DNA of 26,101 nucleotides, taken from the IMG/VR virus record IMGVR_UViG_3300032235_000331, positions 1 through 26,101 of that record, one strand, 5' to 3'. Under the pieces are notes generated by a model. That model was not told the origin of the DNA. It saw only the letters and a list, made by a program, of their open reading frames with translations, and ran no database searches. Positions 1 to 8,245 of the stretch are shown here, piece after piece (position 1 is the stretch's first letter; the number at the start of each line of letters is the position of its first letter). This stretch comes from a virus. Lineage: Duplodnaviria; Caudoviricetes. The translations under genes were made by a program, and so were the position numbers.

Positions 1-623
1 CCCATGGCCAACGGGCCACTCATGGTGTCGCCCGCCTTGGCAACCTTGAGGGCATCGCCGGTGTCGACGTAACCCTTGGTCGCTGCATCAGTCGACGTGG
101 TCGGGGTGCCCAGGCCCGTGACCTTGTTATTGCCCATGGCCAGGGCTCCAGTCATGGAGTCGCCTGCCTTAGATACCTTCAGCGCATCCTGAACGTCGAC
201 GTAGTTCTTGGTGGCTGCATCCTGCGGCTGAGTGGGATCAGCGACGCTGGTGATACGACGCCCGCCTGCACTGATCAGACCAGTGGCCGGGTCGACAAAG
301 ACGCCAGCCTTCTGGTTGTCATCCAGCTCCTGCTCCAGGTACAGGTGCTGCAGGTTGCTGGCATCCAGGTCGGCCGCGACCAGCGTTGACCCATCCGTGA
401 AATCAACCAGCAACGAAGCGGCCGGCGTGATGCGACGCACCTCCACTCGAAGGCCTGCGCCTGGCGCAGGAGTGACCTGCACCGTGGTGTCGTTGACGTA
501 GGTGTAGGCCGTGTCGACGTAGTTGACGTAGACCTTGACGTGCTCCTTGCGGATGTACGGAAAGCCAATGGCGAACTGAGTCGTTGACCCGTTACCCGTG
601 TAGACGTTGTAGGAGTAGGCCAT
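1..623 (-). CDS. Tail fibre protein (T7 gp17-like N-terminal anchor), 3' end runs out of window
   Basis: Not in the ORF track. Manual translation from ATG 623 (TGATG overlap with the upstream stop) gives MAYSYNVYTGNGSTTQFAIGFPYIRKEHVKVYVN...VEVRRITP...VDFTDGSTLVAADLD...LYLEQE, the typical gp17 attachment domain, followed by DAATKxYVD repeats. Confidence 0.93.
   Translation of the reverse strand, partial: MAYSYNVYTGNGSTTQFAIGFPYIRKEHVKVYVNYVDTAYTYVNDTTVQVTPAPGAGLRVEVRRITPAASLLVDFTDGSTLVAADLDASNLQHLYLEQELDDNQKAGVFVDPATGLISAGGRRITSVADPTQPQDAATKNYVDVQDALKVSKAGDSMTGALAMGNNKVTGLGTPTTSTDAATKGYVDTGDALKVAKAGDTMSGPLAM
3..260 (-). repeat. Tandem ~44-aa (132-nt) shaft repeat in tail fibre
   Basis: DAATKNYVDVQDALKVSKAGDSMTGALAMG (D at 221) recurs as DAATKGYVDTGDALKVAKAGDTMSGPLAMG (D at 89). 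Confidence 0.85.
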
Positions 624-3600
624 CAGCGGAAGCTCTCAACAAAGGGGCGGACGCCAAGGGCGGCATCGACCTGGTTGCGGATGCGAGTCGACTCGATTTC
701 CTCGACCATCCTCGCAAGGCCAGGCTCAGTGGCAAGAAACTCTTTCATGATGAATGGCTTGTAGTAGTTGATCTCTCGGTTGACCTGAACGGCCCTGGCG
801 CTTTCGGTGGCCCGGCTGGGTTCGGGGACGGGCAGCTCCCAGTAGGGCGAGCCAGGTGCAAACAACGCGGTCAGGGATCCGTGCATCGTGGCCTGACGAC
901 CGGGCGGGATGTACTGGCTGGTGATCGTGGCCAGCTTGTTGAGCTGCTCGTATGACAGCTTGAAGTTGGGCACCTTGAACTCATTGGCGCTCCAGACCAG
1001 GAACGACGTGCCGCGGCCCGACAACTTGGCCAGTTCGTTGTCAACAGGGTCCGTCGACCCCATGCGGGTGGGACTGATGGCCGTGGGGCTGAAGCCCTGC
1101 ACGAGGCCTTTGAGCCAAGGTTGATCAGGTGGGATGAACTGCGTGCCCCATACCTGGTCGACCGTGATCGGCATCCCGGTCAGCGGGTGCAGTCGTGGTT
1201 CCAGTTGAGACGACAGGCCAGGGATCTGGTTGGCGTAGCGCTGGGCCAGTTCATGGAAGAAGCCGAAGCCCATCGGCAGGCTGGACTGTTGGATCACGCG
1301 CTCGAAGGGATCAGCGCCCTTCCTGACGTTGCGGAAGATGGCAGGCAAAAAGCCGGACAGCCGCTGCTGGATCATTGCCGAGAACGGATTGATCTTGTTC
1401 TGCTCAGGGACAAAGCTCTTATCGACAGCGTCGGTGACAGCCCCGAAGATCTCGCCGATGCCGGAGTACATGTCCTTGGTGAACTGGCTGACGCCAACCA
1501 CCCGGACAGCTTCTGCTGCCGTCAGTGCCAAGCTGCCGGCCAGTGCCTCCCGGTCCTCGACGGGCATGGAGTTGGCCAGACTCATGTAGGTGCCCACTGC
1601 CGCGAAGATGTTGCTGACGGTGTCGAACGCTTGCAGGTCCCACCAGCGGCTGAACTCACCAGTGGCTGGGTTCTTGAAGCGGATCGAGAAGGGCTGGACC
1701 CCCTCGTTGCGCATCTTCTCCCGGACCCTGCTGTTGTACGAACCGACGCCTGACAGCTCGACGTAGCCGCTGGTCGCCATCATCACGGCAGCAGTCACGG
1801 TCATGTAGCCAATGGCGATCTCGCCCATCGCCCGCTCACGGGTGAAGACGTCCTCGCTATTGATGTCACGCCAGAAGGTGTCGACAAAGGGAGCAGCAAA
1901 ACCGCTGGCCCGCATGGCTGCCTTGACGATGTTGGTCGGGCCACGGTTGAAGGCTTGGATCATGCCCAGTACAGGCACCCTGGACACAGCGTCCTGATAC
2001 AGCTTGGGCGCAAGGCTGACCGTCTTGGCCATGCCCATGCCTGCCTTGGTCCACTTGTCTGGCTCGCCATTCATCCACTCGATGGCCTTGGCGTTGATCT
2101 GGGCGACGTCGGTCACGCCTTCCTGCTTGGCCTTCCGCACGCCGTACTCGTAGGTGCGGGGCTGGAAGTTGACGTCCAGGTCATCGGTGAAGTTGATCCA
2201 GTCCATGGCCGTCTTGGCATGGATACCAGTCAGCGCACCATCCTTGATGGCCTTGCCGTTGATGATCACGTCCCGCCACGACGCCTCGATCTGTTCGTCC
2301 ACGACCTTGGACGCCTCGTTCCATGCAGCATCGCCGGTCATGCCGCGGCCTTCTGCCTTCTCCAGTTCGATGTCCATCCGTCGCGCCCACTCTGTGCTGG
2401 GCCCAACAATGGAAGCGAAGAAGGTGTCGAGCGAGCCGGACACCCGGCCAGACACGTTGAGTGCCCGCCAGATGAAGCGGGTGGCAATGGCTTCCATGCC
2501 CTTGGTCTCTGGGTTCAGATACCAGGGGTTGTCCATGGTGTTGCGAACATCATGGGTTTCGGCGAACTCGCTGCCGTCCAGGCGCAGCTGCTCCACCTCG
2601 TCCAGCCCCCTCTGCGCCAACTCCATCGAGCTGGCGCCCAGGTTGCCGAGGTTCTCTCCAACCTTGAAGGACTCGCCGACCAGGCGCCAAGCATTGGACA
2701 GGTTGCTGGCGTACTTCATGTACATCTGCATGTCCAAGCCAGCGCGACGCAGTGACTGGTATGCAGCCTTGTGGTTGCCGCTGGTGGCCTGGACGCCTGC
2801 ATTGGCCAGTGCCGGAATGGCCTGCGCCAGGGGCAGTGTCGCGGCACGGTAGGCAGAGCCGCCGAGCATCTTGAGCCAGGTCTTGGGCGACCACAGCAGT
2901 GCTGCCCGATAGGCCTGCAGGATCATCTCCTGGTTCATACGGCCTGCGTCGACGCCACGCACGGTCGATGCAAACTTGGCGGCAAAGCCAGGCGACTGTC
3001 GGCCAGAAATCACGGCCTCGACCGCGACCCGGGTCATGCCTTCCGACTCTGGCGTCAGGTTGCCAGCCTCAATGTCGGCCCTGATCTCTGGGTCGATCTT
3101 CTCCAGCAGGGTGTTGGCCGGATCCGCCAGCTCGGTGGCGACGGTCTCGTCGACAGTCTCAGGGGGCAGGGGCACATCAGGCTGCACAGCAGCGTCGCTC
3201 CCGACGATGCGGTTGGCGGTGTTGGCGTCGTAGATGACGACCTCCGACATGGATCCACCTGCTGCACCTTTCTGCTCGAACATGGGGTTAAAGCGGATGC
3301 CGTCGTACCCCTGGCTGATTGCCCATTCACGCAGCATTGCGCCTTGCCGCTGGGTCAGGAACCGTTCGCCATCAAAGACTTCGGCGGGCCGGCCGATCCC
3401 GATCTCTTTGAGGAAATCGTTGACCCTCTTGTCCATGGCCACCAGGTCAAGGATGCGCACGTCACGAGGTGTGTCGCCATACAGGGCGGTGTCGCCATAG
3501 AGGCCTGCGTAGCCCTCGTTTTCGGTGAAGTAGACGCCACGCCCGAGCAGGTCGCTACCAGGGCCCGACTCCTTGAAGCCGTTGTCGAGGATGGATTCCG

Positions 3601-6600
3601 CCGACTCCCTGGTGGTCCCGTGGTGCAGGACAGTGCCGGTCGGCAGCTCCAGCATCGTTGGGTCGTAGTTATGTCGAATCTGCATAACGCGCAGACGTTG
3701 GCCATCCTTCCGACTGGCCGTCATCAATGCGTTGTCCAGCTTGGTCTGATCCTCCAGGCCAGCCCATAGCCGTTGCATTGCCTCGGCCCGGTCGGCCTCG
3801 TCGACCGACTGCTGCCACTGCAACGCAGTCATGGCATTGCCAGCAGCGAGGTGGTCGCGGTGGATCACTGTTGCCGCCAAGGCGATCAGGTCTTCCTGGC
3901 TGCGGACGTCGCCACGACGAGCTGCCTCCAGCCGGTCAACGGTCAGTCCAACCTCCATGTTGCTGCGACGCAGCTGGTCGATGGCCGCGTTGATGACGAC
4001 CTTGTCGCTGAAGCTGCGGATGCCCGTTGCCTGAGCACGGCTGCGAAGCATCTCGCCCAGGGCCCTGTTGCCAGCAATCAACTCGGCCGGCGCATTGGAG
4101 ATGTAGGACTTGCTGCCAGATGGGCTGGACAGACGACGGACGTCGCTCTGCTGCATCTGGGTCAGTTCTTCCAGGGTCATCTCCCCGTTCTCCAGGGCGC
4201 CCATGTTCTGCTCCACCCGGCGAGCAAACTCTTCGGGGTCAGGTGGATCAATGGCGAACTGCACCTCTGGCTGGCCGGTAGCGCCAAGGACAGGGCCACG
4301 CCCAGCAATCTCGCCAGCAGCTGCACGCTCGAAGACATCGTCCCAGGTCTGGAAGCCAGCGCCCTTGATGGCGTTGACGACCTGGTCCAGCATCTTCTTG
4401 ATCTTCTCGAAGCCCTTGACCGGCGCAGGGCCAAGGCCACGGGCGTAGCCAGAGAAGGCTTCGGCCGTTGCTTCCTTCAGGCTGATCGTTCCATCCAGGA
4501 ACTTGGTGCGAGAAGCAGGGCTGGACTTGGCGGCCAATGCGCGGATCTTGTCCTCGCCAAGGGCCAGGGCCTTTTGTTCCTGCTCCGTCAGGAACCAACG
4601 CTGCAGGCGGTGGAACGATTCGTGGAAGGTGGATGCAATCTGGCGAGCAAACGAGACGGGCCTGTCGTAAGACACCATCGCAATGGTGATCAGGTCCTCG
4701 GCCATGGTCCGCCCACCTCGGAACATGGCGCGTGGGCTGGCGGGGGTACCAACAGGAACGCCATAGGCCGCGGCCTGCGACGGCCCATACACCTCATTGA
4801 TGCGCTCAACCAACTGCAGGTTGGTGTCACCACCTGCCACCTTGCGGGCAATGGACTCCAGGTACCGCTGCTGTTCAACGGGGATCTTGACCTGGCCGGT
4901 GTAGCCCTCGCCGACCGTGCCACCTGCGGTTTCGACAGATGCCCATCCGCGCAGGTTTGGCAGTTCAGCCGCGAACTGGCTTCCCCCAAAGCCCATGTCG
5001 CGCACCTGCAGGGTGCCGGGCTGGCTGGTCCGGGCCATGTCCTTGATGGATGGCTTGACCACCTGGGCCCCGTACTGGGCGACGTCGTCCGGACTCAGGC
5101 CGCTCTGCTCCAGCCAGTCCCTGTACTTCTGGTGCGCCTTGCTCTTCTTGCCAGTGACGTCGCCCGCAAGGATGAACGCAACCTTGTCGATGTCGGTCGC
5201 GAACTGAAGCTCAAAGCCTTTCTGGCCGTACTTATAGCGAGGCTTGGCCCCAGCCAGCTCGGGTGGCAACGCATAGGTGCGGCGAGCGGCAGCCATCTCC
5301 TCTGCTGTCGGAGGAGTGATGCCACGCTTGCCTAGCCATTCCCGCATCTGGCCAGCCAGTTCGGTATTGCCAGCCGCTTCTGCTGCCTCGAGACGACGCA
5401 GCATGTCGGAGATCTCGCGGTTCTGTCGCTCGACCCGCTCCTTCTCCTGCTTGCTGGCCAGGGTCACCTTCTCGCCAATGGGAGTTGGGTTGCCCTCGGG
5501 CTCCGGCATTTCCAGCGTGGGCTGCTCGACAGCAGCAGGTGCTTCGGCAGGTGCTTCGGCAGGTGCTTCTGCCTGCTTGGCGGCAGGTGCAGCAGGCACC
5601 TCCAGTGGCAGCCTGGGCCCTTGGATCTCTTCTGCAATCGCATCACGCAGGCGTTGCAGGTTGGCTTGCACCAGTTGGTTGGCCGCTGCAGCGGCGCCCT
5701 TGCCCTCAGGCACGGCAGCCGCCAATTCATTCAGGATGTCCCGGACTGCGCCCTCATACCCGGCTACCCGGTTGAACGTGGCGACGGCGTCGGCTGCTGC
5801 CTTCCTGGCAGCCATGCTGCCTTCCACATTGATGACGTTGCCAGCACCCTCCAGGTATTGGGTGTTCCGGGCCCGGGATGCAGCCGTCAACGCACGCACC
5901 TCTTCGCCCAGCAGGCGGAAGGCAGCAGTGCGGACCTCGATCAGCTGCATCACATTGGTCTGCTTGTTCCACTCCTCCATGCCGGGAAGCGTGGGACCGC
6001 TGGTTTCGTTGATGCGGGTGTCTGCGTACTGCGCCTCCTGCATCGCCTGGGCGATCTTGTCGGCACTCCAGTTGCCCTTGATCGCCTGCTTGGCCACCTC
6101 ACTGACGACTGCCTCGTCGGCGACGACGCTGCCCAGCGCAACGCCCTTATTGATTGGCAGTTCGCCAGCAACGGTCTTGTCGAATAGCCATTGCGGCAGA
6201 CGAGACAGGGCCAGGCCTTCGCCAGCCTTCTGCCCGCTGATGCTGATGCGCTGCTGACGCAGGTCGTCGGGCCCCATGCCCGTGTCACGGAAGATCTTGG
6301 CTGCGTCGATGGACGTGCCCTTGTCGTCGGCGATGTTCTGCAGGGCGCCAATGGTCCGGGCTTCCTTGGCCGTCGGCACGTCCAGCATCTGGACATTGAC
6401 GACAGGTGCCCCAGCTCGCTTGGCCAGCTCCAGTCGGTTGTGGCCGTTCACCACATAGATGCGACCAGCAGGGCCCAGCTCGCCGTTGACGTCACGCCAT
6501 GCACTGACGACGCCAGCCAGTTGGTACGAGAAGGCTTCCTCGTCGACCAGTGAGCCGCTGCGGCCTGTCTTGCTGAGCCGGCCCTCCTCTTTGTACTGAA

Positions 6601-8179
6601 GGACCTGGGGCGCGGTGAACATCTCGGCGGTCGGCACCGCCATCACCTGGGTGTAGCCAGGCTGCTGCATCCCGGGCAGCTCACCTTCCTGCAGGGTGGG
6701 CGCTGTTGGTGCAGTCCAGGTCTCGCGGGCCACCTCTGCCTGCAGTCCCTTGGTGCTCAGGTCCAGCTCGTCGACGGCCTGGGCGTACTTCGCCATGGCC
6801 GACCCTTCGCCCCATGGGTCAGGGATGGAGGTGGCGCCAGGAATGGCCTCGATGTCGACAGTCCGCTCTGATGCAGGGGGCGGTTCGACCTGGACCAGCT
6901 CTTGCTTGGGGGCAGGGGCAGCAGGAGCAGCAGGGGCCTGAGGCTCGCCACGGCGAACGCCGCCGCCCAGTTCAAAGACGTCCAGTGGTTGCTGGATCTC
7001 GACGCCTGTCGTCTCCCACATCCGGGGAGTGCGTCCAGCTAGGGCCTCTTGTGCCTGCTGCGCAGCACCACCCTTTTGCCGACCAGTGACCCTGGTCGTG
7101 GGAGGAGTGACGCCTGGGGGGAGCGCCGGCTTGTTGGGCTCAATGACAGCCTGCGGTGCCACGGCAGCAGTAGGCGGTGGCGTGGGCGCCGTCGATGCCT
7201 TGGCAACCTGCTCGGCCTGGGCCACCTGAATCATGCGATCCAGCACCTCGGCCACCTTTGCCTTGGTTGCACCGGCCAGGGCGCCAAGGCCCCGGAATCC
7301 AGTACCGATGGCCCCGCCCAGCGGTACCGACCACACCAGGTCGTTCAGTGCAGCCTTTGTCCGCTGCTGCTGGACGGTGTCATTGGGGTCGGAACGCAGC
7401 GCATCAATGACCACCCCCTCAAATGGAGTGCCCTTTGTTGCCTTGTAGAGCTTGTCGGTGAGGCTTTCCTCTCCACGCTTCTCCCAGAAATAGGTGGCGA
7501 CGGCACTGGGGACTGCACCTTCGACAGCTTCCTGGGCGAACCGGCCAGCCACGCGGCCAGGCAGACCTGTCGCTTTGATCTTGGTGACGGCCTCTTCGGC
7601 ACCCTGCACTAGGCGGCTGATGCCAGGGGTCTTGCTGATGCCCTGGGTCATCGGGGAGATGGCGCCCTTGGTGCCCAGAAAAACGGGAATGAACGACAGG
7701 ATGTCGCCCGTCGTCCGCTCAATGTCATTGGCAGGCTTGATGGTGACTGGCACCTGCTTCTCTGCAGCCAGCATCCGCCGCTGTTCCGCTGCAGCCTGCT
7801 TGCCATCAGGCGTAAAGAACTGTCCCGACAGGATTTCCTGCGTAGTGGGCAGAGTTGCTGCTGTCTGGGCGCCTGCCTGCAGTACCCGCTGACCTGCATA
7901 GCCAAGGGTTCGACCAGCAGAAAGCACCGGTTCTGCCACTGGGGCTGGCAGTCCTGCCCTTACGCCACGCTCCCAAGCCGCACCAAAGTCCTGGCCACGC
8001 ATTGCGGCCTGCACGCCTGACACCAAGCCACCAACGACGCCACCAAATTGCGGCGGAGCCTTCTGCTGTGGTTGAGGCTGGGGCTTGCGCTCTGTCGGCT
8101 GCTGCCCCATGCCCTTGGCTGGTACATAGACCAGGCGCTCGCGGCCAGTTTCCGGGTCTTTAATCAGCTCAACAGGCAT
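623..8179 (-). CDS. Giant internal virion/ejection protein (gp16-like) with ParB-like, HExxH metallopeptidase and ADP-ribosyltransferase modules
   Basis: 2518-aa ORF in the gp16 position before the tail fibre. Motifs: IYVVNGHNRLELAKR (ParB/Srx), STFHESFHRLQ (zincin), LHHGT...LGRGVYFT...GYDGI...SEVVIYD (ART). C-terminal part resembles T7-like internal protein D. Confidence 0.88.
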   Translation of the reverse strand: MPVELIKDPETGRERLVYVPAKGMGQQPTERKPQPQPQQKAPPQFGGVVGGLVSGVQAAMRGQDFGAAWERGVRAGLPAPVAEPVLSAGRTLGYAGQRVLQAGAQTAATLPTTQEILSGQFFTPDGKQAAAEQRRMLAAEKQVPVTIKPANDIERTTGDILSFIPVFLGTKGAISPMTQGISKTPGISRLVQGAEEAVTKIKATGLPGRVAGRFAQEAVEGAVPSAVATYFWEKRGEESLTDKLYKATKGTPFEGVVIDALRSDPNDTVQQQRTKAALNDLVWSVPLGGAIGTGFRGLGALAGATKAKVAEVLDRMIQVAQAEQVAKASTAPTPPPTAAVAPQAVIEPNKPALPPGVTPPTTRVTGRQKGGAAQQAQEALAGRTPRMWETTGVEIQQPLDVFELGGGVRRGEPQAPAAPAAPAPKQELVQVEPPPASERTVDIEAIPGATSIPDPWGEGSAMAKYAQAVDELDLSTKGLQAEVARETWTAPTAPTLQEGELPGMQQPGYTQVMAVPTAEMFTAPQVLQYKEEGRLSKTGRSGSLVDEEAFSYQLAGVVSAWRDVNGELGPAGRIYVVNGHNRLELAKRAGAPVVNVQMLDVPTAKEARTIGALQNIADDKGTSIDAAKIFRDTGMGPDDLRQQRISISGQKAGEGLALSRLPQWLFDKTVAGELPINKGVALGSVVADEAVVSEVAKQAIKGNWSADKIAQAMQEAQYADTRINETSGPTLPGMEEWNKQTNVMQLIEVRTAAFRLLGEEVRALTAASRARNTQYLEGAGNVINVEGSMAARKAAADAVATFNRVAGYEGAVRDILNELAAAVPEGKGAAAAANQLVQANLQRLRDAIAEEIQGPRLPLEVPAAPAAKQAEAPAEAPAEAPAAVEQPTLEMPEPEGNPTPIGEKVTLASKQEKERVERQNREISDMLRRLEAAEAAGNTELAGQMREWLGKRGITPPTAEEMAAARRTYALPPELAGAKPRYKYGQKGFELQFATDIDKVAFILAGDVTGKKSKAHQKYRDWLEQSGLSPDDVAQYGAQVVKPSIKDMARTSQPGTLQVRDMGFGGSQFAAELPNLRGWASVETAGGTVGEGYTGQVKIPVEQQRYLESIARKVAGGDTNLQLVERINEVYGPSQAAAYGVPVGTPASPRAMFRGGRTMAEDLITIAMVSYDRPVSFARQIASTFHESFHRLQRWFLTEQEQKALALGEDKIRALAAKSSPASRTKFLDGTISLKEATAEAFSGYARGLGPAPVKGFEKIKKMLDQVVNAIKGAGFQTWDDVFERAAAGEIAGRGPVLGATGQPEVQFAIDPPDPEEFARRVEQNMGALENGEMTLEELTQMQQSDVRRLSSPSGSKSYISNAPAELIAGNRALGEMLRSRAQATGIRSFSDKVVINAAIDQLRRSNMEVGLTVDRLEAARRGDVRSQEDLIALAATVIHRDHLAAGNAMTALQWQQSVDEADRAEAMQRLWAGLEDQTKLDNALMTASRKDGQRLRVMQIRHNYDPTMLELPTGTVLHHGTTRESAESILDNGFKESGPGSDLLGRGVYFTENEGYAGLYGDTALYGDTPRDVRILDLVAMDKRVNDFLKEIGIGRPAEVFDGERFLTQRQGAMLREWAISQGYDGIRFNPMFEQKGAAGGSMSEVVIYDANTANRIVGSDAAVQPDVPLPPETVDETVATELADPANTLLEKIDPEIRADIEAGNLTPESEGMTRVAVEAVISGRQSPGFAAKFASTVRGVDAGRMNQEMILQAYRAALLWSPKTWLKMLGGSAYRAATLPLAQAIPALANAGVQATSGNHKAAYQSLRRAGLDMQMYMKYASNLSNAWRLVGESFKVGENLGNLGASSMELAQRGLDEVEQLRLDGSEFAETHDVRNTMDNPWYLNPETKGMEAIATRFIWRALNVSGRVSGSLDTFFASIVGPSTEWARRMDIELEKAEGRGMTGDAAWNEASKVVDEQIEASWRDVIINGKAIKDGALTGIHAKTAMDWINFTDDLDVNFQPRTYEYGVRKAKQEGVTDVAQINAKAIEWMNGEPDKWTKAGMGMAKTVSLAPKLYQDAVSRVPVLGMIQAFNRGPTNIVKAAMRASGFAAPFVDTFWRDINSEDVFTRERAMGEIAIGYMTVTAAVMMATSGYVELSGVGSYNSRVREKMRNEGVQPFSIRFKNPATGEFSRWWDLQAFDTVSNIFAAVGTYMSLANSMPVEDREALAGSLALTAAEAVRVVGVSQFTKDMYSGIGEIFGAVTDAVDKSFVPEQNKINPFSAMIQQRLSGFLPAIFRNVRKGADPFERVIQQSSLPMGFGFFHELAQRYANQIPGLSSQLEPRLHPLTGMPITVDQVWGTQFIPPDQPWLKGLVQGFSPTAISPTRMGSTDPVDNELAKLSGRGTSFLVWSANEFKVPNFKLSYEQLNKLATITSQYIPPGRQATMHGSLTALFAPGSPYWELPVPEPSRATESARAVQVNREINYYKPFIMKEFLATEPGLARMVEEIESTRIRNQVDAALGVRPFVESFR
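5535..5570 (-). repeat. 12-bp tandem repeat x3 encoding an EAPA linker
   Basis: GCAGGTGCTTCG GCAGGTGCTTCG GCAGGTGCTTCT on the plus strand. Confidence 0.9.
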
Positions 8180-8245
8180 GGGTCAGAACCGCTGCACGTC
8201 TTCTTTGTGAACATCATCGGGCCAGACGGCACTTGCCGCCATCGA

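Noticed and set aside
275-568. 97-aa minus-strand ORF from the track
   Set aside because: Wrong frame; the real gene is the tail fibre starting at 623.
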